A stretch of DNA of 64,000 nucleotides from an uncultured Pseudomonadota bacterium (GCA_949289935.1 CASEQD010000003.1:8816-72815), one strand, 5' to 3'. Counted from the first letter of the stretch, positions 1 to 10,204 are shown. The notes: generated by a model from the letters alone, not told the origin. Program-made: numbers and translations.

Positions 1-191
1 ATGACGGCTGCTGTATTTATGCACTGGATTTGAAAGAAAAAGACGTTTGGGGATTTTATCCCGAGCAATACGGCGCCGCCGAATGATTTCAACAACATCC
101 TTCCCCTGTTTTTGCACGAAGAAGGATGTTGTTTTTTTCTAAAAAACTGTTTGACATTTTATTTCTGTTTATTTATAGTTCTTCTGTTGCT

Positions 192-267
<76 letters not shown>

Positions 268-395
268 GTTTCAGGCATTGCTTCGGCAATGCCTTTTTTT
301 GTTATTGTTTTGTCTCTTGTTTCATGTTATGCTGAAAAAGCATAAGGAGATGACAATGACGGTTTCAGAACAAATCATTGAAAAATTAAAAAAAA

Positions 396-1388
396 ATGAA
401 TGAAGCCGGGTTTCTTCCTTTTTCTTTTGATAATGAAAAAATTAAAATTATCCGGGAAGGCGGGCAGACTTTACCGCTTAAGGCCGGAAGCAAAATTATT
501 CGTGTTTCCAAGAATCGGGAACAGCAGTCCTGGGAAGACATGAAAAGAGAAAGCCTTATTTCCGATGTTTTAAGAAAACAAAATTTACAAACAACCGTTT
601 CCGATGTTAAAATTTTTTCCAATGATGATATTTCCCTTGCTTATCATGAAATTGTTCCCGGGGATATTCTGGAAGGTTCAAAAGGCGAAAAATTATACAA
701 ACGGCTTTCAGAAAAACAAAAAGACTTTTTGGCTGAAGATCTGGCCGTATTTTTTGCCGAACTGCATAAAATTCCACTGAAAGACGTTAAAAATCTTCCG
801 CCCTATGCCGGTAAAACAATTAATTACGATTATGAAAAGAATCCGGATTTTGATTATGGCGCCAATAAAAAACGTTTGCAAAAATTCGGAATTGATTTGG
901 ATGAGTTCCGAACATCTCTGACTGAAGACAAAGTTTTTTGCCACAATGATTTGCATGGCGGGAATCTGGCTGTTGACTCATCCCGGGAACATATATTGAA
1001 CGGTGTTTTTGATTTTGGAAATGCCGATATCAATAATCGCAGCGCCGATTTTATAAAACTTTGCGCCATGGACAGGAATCTGGCCCGGCGGACGATAAAA
1101 AAATATAATAAACTTACAAATGCCGGCATCAGTATGAAAGAAGTTGATTATCAGTATTTAAACTGGATGGCCGAAAGTATTAAAATGTTTGAAAATATGT
1201 CATTAAATGAAGAACAACAAGCCGCCGTAACACATAAATTCAAACGGGATTTGGGAATGTTTCGTTCAGATGTTCTTAAAGAAAGAATTTCAGAAAAAGA
1301 AAAACTTTCTTCGCTATCTTTACCTCAAGCTCAAAAAAAGAATCCGGTTGCTCTGCAGGCTTTTTATCAAAAAGACATTACGCGCTAA
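396..1388 (+). CDS. Phosphotransferase-family kinase (APH/choline-kinase-like fold)
   Basis: 330 aa ORF with catalytic-loop motif HNDLHGGNLAV followed by DFGNA, the Brenner and DFG-type motifs of aminoglycoside/small-molecule phosphotransferases. Confidence 0.65.
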   Translation: MNEAGFLPFSFDNEKIKIIREGGQTLPLKAGSKIIRVSKNREQQSWEDMKRESLISDVLRKQNLQTTVSDVKIFSNDDISLAYHEIVPGDILEGSKGEKLYKRLSEKQKDFLAEDLAVFFAELHKIPLKDVKNLPPYAGKTINYDYEKNPDFDYGANKKRLQKFGIDLDEFRTSLTEDKVFCHNDLHGGNLAVDSSREHILNGVFDFGNADINNRSADFIKLCAMDRNLARRTIKKYNKLTNAGISMKEVDYQYLNWMAESIKMFENMSLNEEQQAAVTHKFKRDLGMFRSDVLKERISEKEKLSSLSLPQAQKKNPVALQAFYQKDITR

Positions 1389-1390
1389 AA

Positions 1391-1428
1391 AAAGCCTTCT
1401 TTTTGAAGGCTTTTTACTTGTTTTTTAT
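1391..1428. terminator. Bidirectional rho-independent terminator between convergent genes
   Basis: Hairpin AAAGCCTTC-TTTTTG-GAAGGCTTT followed by a T-run, with an A-run on the opposite side. Confidence 0.6.
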
Positions 1429-2537
1429 TTTACGTAAATGCGAATTTCCGGCGATGTTACATCTCCGCCTGTTTTTGAAGAAAGGGAAATTTTATTGGCA
1501 GAAACACCCATTTCGATCATTTCTTCAAAGATTGCCGCCGCATTTTTCTGCAAATTTGTCTTAGACAATTGAGCCGCTCCGGATGGTGATACTGCTACTA
1601 TTTCAAATTTCACTCCCGGTTTGGCAGAAACCGCATTGCCGACAGCCTGTTTTAATGCCTCCTGGTAATTTACATCTGCCTTGTTAAACTTTGCAACAAA
1701 TAACGGTTTTGACATTGAAACAGACGAATTTCCTATTAAAATCGGCATGTTGTTTGATGTTCCTCTTTCTGATTTGCCGATCATAGGAAGATTATTTACC
1801 CCGTAACTGCCGACTTTGATGGAAGCGTTTAAATCCACAATATAATTCCTTGCACTTTCAATATATTGCTGTTGGCGGGAAATATCGGCGTTTACTTCAG
1901 ACAATAAGCTATTGATGAGGATTGACGTCTGGTTGGTTTCGTTTTCCAAAATACGCAGTTGGCGGTGGTCTTCATCTATGGCTCCTGATACACCGTATGC
2001 CGCGCGGATGGAATCCAGAAGATATGTCGTCATGGCGGCATCTGAAGCAACACGCGCAGAAAGCTGATTTAAAGCATCCGTATTGATATTCATAACCTGA
2101 ACATTGTTCTGCGCTTTTTGCAGCAATGTGTACATATTCGGATTGCCCGGCGTCGTTCCTACCTGCAGTTTGGCTTCTATTGTACCGATGGTTTTGTGGT
2201 ACTGCATGGCATTGCTTATGACTGAAGCCCTGACTTTTTGCAATTCTTCATTATGTTTTTTGATTGAATTCTGCAACTGGGTCAGCTCATTGCGAAAAGA
2301 TATAACCTTTTGTCCGACAAAAGTTCCCGTCCGGGTTCCTTCTTCAATTTCAATCGGTTCAAAGTTAGTCGTCCCCAGCGCCGGAAGGACTCCGGTATTT
2401 TGATAGCTTTCGGCAGCCTCTTCCTGCCCGTCATCACCTATCAGCGACGGAAAGAGCGCATCCCGGCTGAAAGTGCAGCCGCTTATTATCAGCATTGAGA
2501 CAGAGACTAAAGACAATTTTATGGCTATTTTCTTCAT
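1425..2537 (-). CDS. Lipoprotein, coiled-coil rich, function unknown
   Basis: 370 aa with signal peptide and lipobox LIISG-C. Long Q/N-rich helical middle region; C-terminal region weakly resembles a periplasmic anchoring domain. Confidence 0.5.
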   Translation of the reverse strand: MKKIAIKLSLVSVSMLIISGCTFSRDALFPSLIGDDGQEEAAESYQNTGVLPALGTTNFEPIEIEEGTRTGTFVGQKVISFRNELTQLQNSIKKHNEELQKVRASVISNAMQYHKTIGTIEAKLQVGTTPGNPNMYTLLQKAQNNVQVMNINTDALNQLSARVASDAAMTTYLLDSIRAAYGVSGAIDEDHRQLRILENETNQTSILINSLLSEVNADISRQQQYIESARNYIVDLNASIKVGSYGVNNLPMIGKSERGTSNNMPILIGNSSVSMSKPLFVAKFNKADVNYQEALKQAVGNAVSAKPGVKFEIVAVSPSGAAQLSKTNLQKNAAAIFEEMIEMGVSANKISLSSKTGGDVTSPEIRIYVK

Positions 2538-2765
2538 AAGCGTACCTTTAAAAAAAACCTGTTATATAACTTCTTTTTGTTTTACACTTTTATCTTCTTT
2601 TGTAAAGGGATTTTTGTAAAAAAACAAGAGTTAATACACTTTTTTAGCAAGAAAGCATCCTGCTTTGCAAAGTACTTTAGAGTTAAATTTTTAAAATTCT
2701 TTTAAATTATCAGAAAAAATTGCTTGCAAAATAAAATAAATCGCTGTATTAAAAGTACGTTATGT

Positions 2766-2842
2766 GCACTCGTAGCTCAATTGGATAGAGCATCTGACTA
2801 CGGATCAGAAGGTTGTGAGTTCGAACCCCGCCGAGTGCGCCA
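2766..2842 (+). tRNA. tRNA-Arg (anticodon ACG), includes CCA
   Basis: Acceptor GCACTCG/CGAGTGC, anticodon stem TCTGA/TCAGA, loop CTACGGA giving anticodon ACG, T-arm GGTTCGAACC. Confidence 0.85.
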
Positions 2843-2848
2843 TTTTAT

Positions 2849-2882
2849 AAAGACGTTCTGATTACAGACGTCTTTTTTTGTA
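2849..2882 (+). terminator. Rho-independent terminator after tRNA-Arg
   Basis: AGACGT...ACGTCT hairpin followed by TTTTTTTG. Confidence 0.55.
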
Positions 2883-2960
2883 TTTGAATATTCTGAGGCG
2901 CTGTTGTAATTTATGTTCATAAAAGTTTTATTGATATATTAAGTTTTTCCTCATAAACTC

Positions 2961-4115
2961 ATGTCAGTCCTTTTAAGAATGAGTTTATCAATGAAATTTC
3001 TCAGATATTTGTTTTTACTGTGTTTTTTTTCATTACCTGTTTCTGCCGGAGAAACAAGTTATTCCGTTTCCGGAAGGTCTGATTTGTTGTATGGCTATTC
3101 TGACGTATCATCACGGTATGAAAATTTTGATAAGAATAATAATTATGTCGGCAAATTTCAGCTGAACACAGCGGTTTTACATGAATTTAATGATGATTAC
3201 AGCGGCGGATTATATTTTAACCTGGCGGGAGGCAGCGGCATAGAGATTCAAAACTATACAAACGGCAACTGGGGAAAACAGATTTTCGGCGTTTTAAATA
3301 CACCGTTCGGACAAATTACCGGCGGTGAAACAGTTAATGCTGCCGCTCAACTCCAACAAGGAATTACGGCTCACGGCCCTTTAGGCATAAACAACTCGGG
3401 AATCGTCGATTTTATCAGCAATCCAAACTGGTATCGACGCACCCATAAATACAGCAGTTTTAAAACACTTAATTCGACATCAATGAACACAGACGGGCTG
3501 GCACCGAAAATTTCTTACTATACGCCGCAAATTGCCGGAATCATTGCCGGCTTTTCGTATGTTCCGGATACATACAGCCGTACCGGGCTGGTCAGCAATT
3601 ATGCCGATTATTCCCGTAAAGACGCTTATGTTGCCGCTTTGTATCAAGAAATTGATTTTGGCTTTGCTTCTGCCGCTGCTTCTATGGGATATGGCGTTTA
3701 TCATAAAACCGATAAGGATTTTACGGCCGGACTGACTCTTTACCACGGGAACTGGTCGTTTGGCGCCTCCTATCGAAAAACATATGTTGACGGAAACGAC
3801 AACCGGATTATGTCCGACAGCAAAAATCCCCGTACGCCGGACTGGTTTGACGCTTATCGCGAGGGACAAGCCTGGAGTGCGGGAATCGGTTATGCTTTCG
3901 GCCCGTATAAAGTCAGCCTTTCTTATTTTGAAGCAAAAGCGGATAATCTTCCCAACAAAGATGAAATCTTTTTGCTTTCCAACGATTTTCAAATTAATAA
4001 ACATTTTAATGTTTATGCCATTGCGGCACATACTAATTTCAGAGGAGAGAATCGGGATATCAGAAACAACAACCGCGGATATGCTTTTATTACGGGACTG
4101 GGAATCAATTTTTAG
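2961..4115 (+). CDS. Outer-membrane beta-barrel protein (porin-like); probable start at 2991 (MKFLRYL...)
   Basis: Signal peptide ending VSAGE; alternating aromatic/Gly-rich beta-strand pattern; C-terminal GLGINF with terminal Phe typical of outer-membrane beta-barrels. Confidence 0.55.
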   Translation: MSVLLRMSLSMKFLRYLFLLCFFSLPVSAGETSYSVSGRSDLLYGYSDVSSRYENFDKNNNYVGKFQLNTAVLHEFNDDYSGGLYFNLAGGSGIEIQNYTNGNWGKQIFGVLNTPFGQITGGETVNAAAQLQQGITAHGPLGINNSGIVDFISNPNWYRRTHKYSSFKTLNSTSMNTDGLAPKISYYTPQIAGIIAGFSYVPDTYSRTGLVSNYADYSRKDAYVAALYQEIDFGFASAAASMGYGVYHKTDKDFTAGLTLYHGNWSFGASYRKTYVDGNDNRIMSDSKNPRTPDWFDAYREGQAWSAGIGYAFGPYKVSLSYFEAKADNLPNKDEIFLLSNDFQINKHFNVYAIAAHTNFRGENRDIRNNNRGYAFITGLGINF

Positions 4116-4118
4116 AGG

Positions 4119-4739
4119 TTGAAAATGCCAAATATTTTATTGCTGACAGATGATGATTTTTTTGCCGAAGATTTATGTGAGCAAATTAAGTTGTACGCAC
4201 CGGAATTTGAGATTTTTCGGGAAGAACTTCCTCTGAAGACATATCATATTATTATCTTTGACGAGAAAACAGATAAGATTAAAACTTTTGCCGCCAAGGC
4301 TCCGGTCTTTTTTTTAACCAAGGATGAGAATCTTAATCCGGCCGGCGCCAGTCATGTCTTCATCAAACCTTTTAAACTTTTTAATTTTTTAGATATGCTG
4401 CGTGCGGGAATCAATCGTTTTGAAAACAGCTGCGACGGTTATTTATCGTTTAACCGTTATCAGCTCCGGCCGACAAAAAAAGAAATCGTTAATTTAAAAA
4501 ACGGAGAGCATATCAAGCTTACGGAAAAAGAAGTTGCAATGATTAAATATTTATATAATTCAAAAGGAAGAATTGTCGGTAAAAATGAGCTTTTACAGGA
4601 AGTTTGGGGATACAACCCCGATGTAACAACCCATACCATCGAAACCCATATTTATCGCTTGAGGCAAAAAGTTGAACACGACAACCCGGATGCTCAAATG
4701 ATTATGACCGAAGAGGGCGGATATTTATTGAAGTTTTAG
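4119..4739 (+). CDS. OmpR-type winged-helix transcriptional regulator with degenerate receiver-like N-terminus
   Basis: C-terminal trans_reg_C-like segment (LTEKEVAMIKYL...VWGY...THTIETHIYRLRQKV). The N-terminal region has an acidic DDD cluster and an FDE motif but is not a canonical receiver. Confidence 0.55.
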   Translation: MKMPNILLLTDDDFFAEDLCEQIKLYAPEFEIFREELPLKTYHIIIFDEKTDKIKTFAAKAPVFFLTKDENLNPAGASHVFIKPFKLFNFLDMLRAGINRFENSCDGYLSFNRYQLRPTKKEIVNLKNGEHIKLTEKEVAMIKYLYNSKGRIVGKNELLQEVWGYNPDVTTHTIETHIYRLRQKVEHDNPDAQMIMTEEGGYLLKF

Positions 4740-4760
4740 ATTTTAAGCCCTCTTCAGCTA

Positions 4761-5573
4761 TTAAAAAGCAAAATCCGCCAAAACTGGAACATGATCGGAA
4801 GGACGTTCCCATGCCCGGGCTTTTGTTAATATTTTGTAAGATTTGACATTGTTTCTTAACGGCTGTGTAACCCAAATATGGTCAAGACGGCGGCCTTTGT
4901 TGTTTATTTGCCAATTGGGATTGCGATAACTCCACCAAGTGTAAATTTTTTCCGGTTCAGGATGAAACTCGCGGGAAATGTCTATAAAATCCAACGATTT
5001 TTTCAAACGATTCAAACGTTCAACTTCTTCCGGCGTGTGAGAGACGATTTTAAGAAGTTGTTTGTGATTCCAAACATCGTTTTCATAAGGGGCAACATTA
5101 AAATCTCCGCAGATTATCATTTTTTTGCCACAATATTCATTTTTGTGTTGTTCCCAAAATTCAGCAATATCATCCATAAAAGTCAGCTTGTGGGCAAAGG
5201 AAAGATTAACAACCGGATCAGGAACATCCCCGCCAGCCGGTATATAAATATTATGCAGTTCAATATCTTCAAAAATATTAACTTTGATATGGCGGGCGTC
5301 ATTTTTTCCAACCCAGTTTAATTCTTCAATGCCGTTTAAGGTATATTTTGACAAGACAGCCACACCATTGTAACCGGCTTGACTGTATAGAGCAATGTGA
5401 GGATAACCCAGCGCGCGGATTTCATCAAAGGGAAAATCTTCCCGCCTGGCTTTAACTTCCTGAAGGCACAAAACATCGGGATTTTCTTCAGAAATAAATT
5501 TTTTTAACAGTTCAAGCCTGATGCGAACGGAATTGACATTCCATGTTGCTAAACGAAAGTCTTTGTCTTTCAT
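4761..5573 (-). CDS. xthA: Exodeoxyribonuclease III
   Basis: LATWNVNS...LCLQE N-terminus, and the C-terminal SDHVPV motif of the ExoIII/APE1 family. Confidence 0.9.
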   Translation of the reverse strand: MKDKDFRLATWNVNSVRIRLELLKKFISEENPDVLCLQEVKARREDFPFDEIRALGYPHIALYSQAGYNGVAVLSKYTLNGIEELNWVGKNDARHIKVNIFEDIELHNIYIPAGGDVPDPVVNLSFAHKLTFMDDIAEFWEQHKNEYCGKKMIICGDFNVAPYENDVWNHKQLLKIVSHTPEEVERLNRLKKSLDFIDISREFHPEPEKIYTWWSYRNPNWQINNKGRRLDHIWVTQPLRNNVKSYKILTKARAWERPSDHVPVLADFAF

Positions 5574-5577
5574 AATT

Positions 5578-6249
5578 CTATCTCATTTTATTAAAATCAA
5601 GCGGATTTTTTTGTTTTTTAAATTTAAATAAAGAGGCCGGCAATTCCGCATCTTTTTCGGAATTATACAAAGACACGACAACTTCAATTCCCTGAGAATC
5701 GACTATTTTCCATTGTTTCAGCTCGAACGGCCGGTTGCCGAAAACCAGTGTTATCGGTCCGATATCCTGATTTTTTTGATACTCTATAACAGCTTCTGTC
5801 GTGCCGGCATCTTTATAAAAATCAACAATTTTGAAATTTTTGCCATCAATTTTTACATCGTTTGACAGAATGAGACTGGCAGGAATATCGTCATAATCAA
5901 AATGAGTTACCTGATCAAGATCTTTGTCATTATAAACAATATCCCTGCCATCGCCGACTATCAGCACGTTTACCGGCGAATCATATTCCATACGGATTTT
6001 GTTCGGCTTTTCTATATAGAGTTTTCCTTCGGCGGTATTTCCGTTGCCGGCTGTCTGGACAAACGATGCTTTCAGGGTTTTTATTCCGTTCAGATATGTT
6101 TCTATTTTCCGGCTGTCTTCGGTTGTTTGAGCCAAGGATGGAAAAGAAGCGCAAAAGCAGAATATCCCTAAAAAGAAAACGGTTATTTTTTTCATGACAA
6201 ATCCCTTATTTTGTTTGTTGTCCGATCTTAGTATAGATATTTTCTCCAC
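5578..6249 (-). CDS. lolA: Outer-membrane lipoprotein carrier protein LolA-like; probable start 6195 (MKKITVFF...)
   Basis: About 205 aa periplasmic protein with signal peptide FPSLAQT and LolA-family size and beta-rich composition. Confidence 0.6.
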   Translation of the reverse strand: MEKISILRSDNKQNKGFVMKKITVFFLGIFCFCASFPSLAQTTEDSRKIETYLNGIKTLKASFVQTAGNGNTAEGKLYIEKPNKIRMEYDSPVNVLIVGDGRDIVYNDKDLDQVTHFDYDDIPASLILSNDVKIDGKNFKIVDFYKDAGTTEAVIEYQKNQDIGPITLVFGNRPFELKQWKIVDSQGIEVVVSLYNSEKDAELPASLFKFKKQKNPLDFNKMR

Positions 6250-6274
6250 AAAAGCAAAATAAAAAACCGATGTT

Positions 6275-6289
6275 TTTAAATACAGTGTT
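6275..6289 (+). repeat. Motif copy TTTAAATACAGTGTT (1 nt after the methyltransferase stop, upstream of lolA)
   Basis: Exact 15-mer; a variant copy TTTAAATACACCGTT follows at 6309-6323. Confidence 0.9.
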
Positions 6290-6290
6290 T

Positions 6291-7241
6291 TTAATCATAA
6301 TTTCTGGTTTTAAATACACCGTTTTCATACCCTTGTATCTCACGTTTTTTTTCAGCCAACTCCAAGCGTTTTTCAGCCAAAGCCACATATTCTTTTTCAC
6401 GTTCGATGCCGATGTAGCAACGTCCGAGTTTTTTGGCGACAACCGAAGTTGTACCTGATCCCAAGAAAGGATCAAGAACAACATCGCCGGGATTGCTGGA
6501 AGCCAAAATAAGCTTGGCCATTAGTTTTTCGGGCTTTTGCGTAGGATGAGGCGTGTTTTCGGGCATGGACCAGAAAGGAATGGATATATCCGTCCAAATA
6601 TTTGACGGATGAGTCAGCCGGCAGCATTTTTCTCCTTCACGACGCCAGTCTTTCGGCGCGCCACTGTCATCACGGTAAGGAGCAACCACCGGGCGAAGCA
6701 TTTTAACGCTGTCCAGATTAAACGTGTATTTTTTTGATTTCGTAAAAAACCATATGTCTTCAAGACAATTTTTCCAATTGTCCCTGGCTCCGCGCCCCTT
6801 TTCCCTTTCCCATGATATCCGGTTGCGTAAGATGAAATATTTTCCGGCAACTTCAGGAATGGAAATGGAGGTTTTCCAATCGGCGCAAATATAAAGACTG
6901 GCATTTTCCTTCATAAGACGGGGGAGTTTTTTGAGCCATCTGTTCAACCATTTTTTATATTCAGAAAAATCCCGCTCTTTAAATACACTGTTTCCAAAGT
7001 TTTTGGTCAGGTTATACGGCGGATCGGCAATAATCAAATCAGCACAGGCATCCGGCAGGCAATCCAAAGCTTTGAACACATCCTGGAGGATGGTTTTATT
7101 CAAAACATAATCCAACGACGCCTTAAAATTTAGCTTAAGCGCGCGGCGGGCATAAGCATTTGTTTCTTTCGGCGTTAATTCCAAGGTTTTATTGCGGGGT
7201 GCTTTTTCCGAAGTCATGAGAAAAAATTCAGTCTTCGCCAA
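6291..7241 (-). CDS. Beta-class N6-adenine (or N4-cytosine) DNA methyltransferase, CcrM/HinfI-like orphan
   Basis: Motif IV DPPYN (LIIADPPYNL) precedes the C-terminal motif I FLGSGTT, which is the beta-class order. No adjacent endonuclease. Shorter than canonical CcrM. Confidence 0.75.
   Translation of the reverse strand: MAKTEFFLMTSEKAPRNKTLELTPKETNAYARRALKLNFKASLDYVLNKTILQDVFKALDCLPDACADLIIADPPYNLTKNFGNSVFKERDFSEYKKWLNRWLKKLPRLMKENASLYICADWKTSISIPEVAGKYFILRNRISWEREKGRGARDNWKNCLEDIWFFTKSKKYTFNLDSVKMLRPVVAPYRDDSGAPKDWRREGEKCCRLTHPSNIWTDISIPFWSMPENTPHPTQKPEKLMAKLILASSNPGDVVLDPFLGSGTTSVVAKKLGRCYIGIEREKEYVALAEKRLELAEKKREIQGYENGVFKTRNYD
6978..6992 (+). repeat. Motif copy variant TTTAAATACACTGTT inside the methyltransferase CDS
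   Basis: 14/15 match; encodes NSVFKE in the protein. Confidence 0.8.
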
Positions 7242-7506
7242 ACTTGCTGTTAACCAGATTTGTCAAAGCATCCACAGCTTCCCGGGCTTCTTTTCCCGAG
7301 GCATTGATTTTTATGGTTGTTCCCTGAGACGCCGCCAGCATCATCAGTCCCATAATCGAACAGCCGCTGACAGTTTGTCCCAAACGTTCAACCGTTACTT
7401 CAACATCCAGATTTTCGATTGTTTTTACAAAGGCGGCAGCCGCCCGGGCATGCAACCCTTTTTTATTTTGAATTTTCAGCTCTGCGCTGAGAATCTCTCC
7501 GTTCAT
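7228..7506 (-). CDS. ptsH: HPr-family phosphocarrier protein (NPr/HPr)
   Basis: 92 aa with the GLHARAAA active-site His region and HPr-fold length. Confidence 0.8.
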   Translation of the reverse strand: MNGEILSAELKIQNKKGLHARAAAAFVKTIENLDVEVTVERLGQTVSGCSIMGLMMLAASQGTTIKINASGKEAREAVDALTNLVNSKFGED

Positions 7507-7511
7507 TGCCC

Positions 7512-7910
7512 TTACATTCCCAATAACTTAGAAGCAACATTGATATATTTTTTTCCGGCTTCCTGTGCGCCTTCCACTGCTTCTTTCAGAGATTTGTCTT
7601 TGCGGAGGGACGCTAATTTTATCAACATAGGCAGATTGATGCCGGCAATAATCTCAACCTTGGCTTTATCCATAATTGAAATAGCCAGATTGGACGGCGT
7701 GCCGCCGAACATATCTGTCAGCACAATGGCGCCGCTGCCTTTGTCTACTTCATCTACTTTATTTAAAATTTCACGGCGGCGGATTTCCATATCATCTTCA
7801 GGTCCGATGCATACTGCTTTTATCTGTTCTTGAGGACCGACAACATGCTGCATTGCAGAAATAAATTCTTCAGCCAGACGGCCGTGCGTTACCAAAACCA
7901 AACCTATCAT
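7512..7910 (-). CDS. PTS EIIA component, mannose family (the ORF track extends to 8045; probable start MIGLV)
   Basis: MIGLVLVTHGRLAEE... is an EIIA-Man fold with the catalytic His in the VTHG context. The 45 aa upstream extension has no similarity. Confidence 0.75.
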   Translation of the reverse strand: MIGLVLVTHGRLAEEFISAMQHVVGPQEQIKAVCIGPEDDMEIRRREILNKVDEVDKGSGAIVLTDMFGGTPSNLAISIMDKAKVEIIAGINLPMLIKLASLRKDKSLKEAVEGAQEAGKKYINVASKLLGM

Positions 7911-7938
7911 CTTCTCTGTTCTTCTTTCAAAAAAGTTA

Positions 7939-8358
7939 TTATGCCTTTTTGCCGCAACTCCAACAATGAACGGCGCCGAAACTTTTGATAAGTTCTTCCC
8001 GGCTCTTGGCTTTGACGATTTCATCGGCTCTTGTCCGCCGGCCATTTAAAACAATTTCTTCAACGTTTTCCACGGGGACGCCGTATGTACGGTTTACTAT
8101 TTTTCCCTCCAGCTCGACAATAAGGACAAATTCGGCCTCAGCCAAAGGTTCGCGGGTTTCTTCATGAATATCATCCAGCAAAACGGACAAACGGTCGTCT
8201 CTTTTCAGCAAAGCCCTGCTTTTTCCGTCAAACTCCAATACCGGATTTACGGGAGCATTGTCGCGGGCATCAATAAAAATAGCCAGTTCTCCGTATTTAT
8301 TTTCGATGATTTCGTAAAAATCCTGTTTTTCAATCAGTGTGTAATATTGATTTTCCAT
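7939..8358 (-). CDS. Hypothetical protein with C-terminal CxxC (HCWSCGKK)
   Basis: 139 aa acidic ORF occupying the position where hprK sits in Rhizobiales, but it lacks a P-loop. Confidence 0.4.
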   Translation of the reverse strand: MENQYYTLIEKQDFYEIIENKYGELAIFIDARDNAPVNPVLEFDGKSRALLKRDDRLSVLLDDIHEETREPLAEAEFVLIVELEGKIVNRTYGVPVENVEEIVLNGRRTRADEIVKAKSREELIKSFGAVHCWSCGKKA

Positions 8359-8377
8359 TTGTTTCAGCCTTTAGTGA

Positions 8378-10204
8378 TTGCACATATTTTTGAAATATGG
8401 TATATCATTACACAAAATAAGTCAATTCAGAGTTAATAAAATGGAAAAATCTGCAATAAAATTTCTGCGGCATTATATGCGACAATTTAAATGGTTTTTT
8501 ATTTTTACGCTTATTTGTCTGATTGTTTCGGCGACGGCGGGGCAGATTTATCCTTATTTTCCGGCAAAAATTTATGATATTGCCGCCGGACAGGGCAGCC
8601 ATTCCCCGACATATTGGAGCGACATGCTGTTTCTGGCTCTGAGCGGTTTTTTTATTGCGCTGATAAAAACCGGCGGGTATGAATGTTCTTTTTTTATTAT
8701 GGCCAAATTTTTACCGCCGATGAGAACTATTATAATTTCTGACATTTTCAGCCATGTCAATAAACTTTCCGCCGCTTATTTTAATGATGAAATGTCGGGA
8801 AGAATTGCCACAAAATTTTCGCAGCTGGAAAAAAGCGTCAACGAATTTTTTATGACTTTTTGGAATGCCGCCGACGGCCTTTTGTGGATATTGGTTACCT
8901 TTTGTATTCTCAGCTTTATCAGCCTTTATTTTCTGCCACCTCTGCTGCTGTGGCTGTTTTTTATTTGTCTGACAGCAAAACACCTCGGTAAAAAACGTTT
9001 GGAACTCGGAAAGGAAACCGGCAAGAAAGAAAGCCTGGTCAACGGAATCGTCGTAGACAGCATTACCAACTACAATGAAGTCAGAAGTTTTGCCAATTTT
9101 CGTTTTGAGCAGATTAATCTGCTGAAACATTTAAAGGCATTGCGCCGGGCGGACGGCCATGAACAAAAAATGAAAGCTTATATTCATTTGACGCAAAATC
9201 TGCTGACCGTATTTTCCATGTTATTGTTCTTTTTGCTGTCTCTGACGATTTTTAAGAGCGGCCGTATTACTACCGCCGAATTTATTTATGCCACAACCCT
9301 GCTTGCCAATCTTTCTTTCATCGTATTCGGCATGACATGGACTTATAACAATGTGTCGCGGCTTTTGGGAACAATGCAGTCTGCTCTTGATACTCTGGCG
9401 GCCGAACCGGAAATTTCAGACAAACCCGGCGCAAAAAAATTTGCTGCAAACAAGATTTCTATTGTTTTTGACAATGCAGGATTTAAATATAAAGGCAAAA
9501 GAAGAATTTTCAAAAATTTGAACATAAGCATCAAAGCCGGCGAAAAAATAGGATTGGTCGGACATTCCGGCGCCGGAAAATCGACTCTCATCAGACTGCT
9601 TGATCGTTGTTACGACGTTGACAGCGGCGCCATTAAAATAAACGGGACGGATATCCGGGATATTACGCAGGAATCCCTGCACAGGCATATTGCCGTTATT
9701 CCTCAGGATATCAGTTTGTTCAACCGCTCACTGAAAGAAAATATCCGTTACGGAAAAACAAATGCAACCGAGGAAGATATTGTAAAAGCAGCCAAACAGG
9801 CATCGGCAGACAAATTTATTGAGCTTCTGCCAAAAAAATATGATACAATCGTCGGAGAACGGGGTGTTATTCTTTCCGGCGGAGAAAGGCAAAGAATCGC
9901 CATCGCCCGGGCAATTTTGAAAAATGCACCGATTTTGATTTTTGATGAAGCAACTTCTGCTTTGGACAGCGACAGTGAAAAAAATATTCAACGTTCTCTC
10001 AGCCGGCTGATGAAAAATAAAACCGTTTTGGCCATTGCCCACCGTTTGTCGACCTTACGTGAAATGGATCGGATTTTAGTGCTTGAAAAAGGAAAAATTA
10101 TTGAAGAAGGTTCTCATGCCTCATTGCTGCGCAAAAAAGGCGCTTATTATAAACTTTACAAAATGCAGTCCGACGGTTTTATTTCCACTTCAAACCTGAG
10201 TTGA
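8378..10204 (+). CDS. ABC exporter, fused permease plus ATPase (MsbA-like fold); probable start 8441
   Basis: Six-TM N-terminal half; Walker A GHSGAGKST; signature LSGGERQR; Walker B ILIFDEATSALD. Confidence 0.85.
   Translation: MHIFLKYGISLHKISQFRVNKMEKSAIKFLRHYMRQFKWFFIFTLICLIVSATAGQIYPYFPAKIYDIAAGQGSHSPTYWSDMLFLALSGFFIALIKTGGYECSFFIMAKFLPPMRTIIISDIFSHVNKLSAAYFNDEMSGRIATKFSQLEKSVNEFFMTFWNAADGLLWILVTFCILSFISLYFLPPLLLWLFFICLTAKHLGKKRLELGKETGKKESLVNGIVVDSITNYNEVRSFANFRFEQINLLKHLKALRRADGHEQKMKAYIHLTQNLLTVFSMLLFFLLSLTIFKSGRITTAEFIYATTLLANLSFIVFGMTWTYNNVSRLLGTMQSALDTLAAEPEISDKPGAKKFAANKISIVFDNAGFKYKGKRRIFKNLNISIKAGEKIGLVGHSGAGKSTLIRLLDRCYDVDSGAIKINGTDIRDITQESLHRHIAVIPQDISLFNRSLKENIRYGKTNATEEDIVKAAKQASADKFIELLPKKYDTIVGERGVILSGGERQRIAIARAILKNAPILIFDEATSALDSDSEKNIQRSLSRLMKNKTVLAIAHRLSTLREMDRILVLEKGKIIEEGSHASLLRKKGAYYKLYKMQSDGFISTSNLS

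Noticed and set aside
7911-8045. N-terminal extension of the EIIA ORF, and similar extensions on rho (47101-47187), tsaE (32323-32460) and coaE (47557-47598)
   Set aside because: Conserved protein N-termini begin at internal Met residues. The track simply picks the most upstream start codon.
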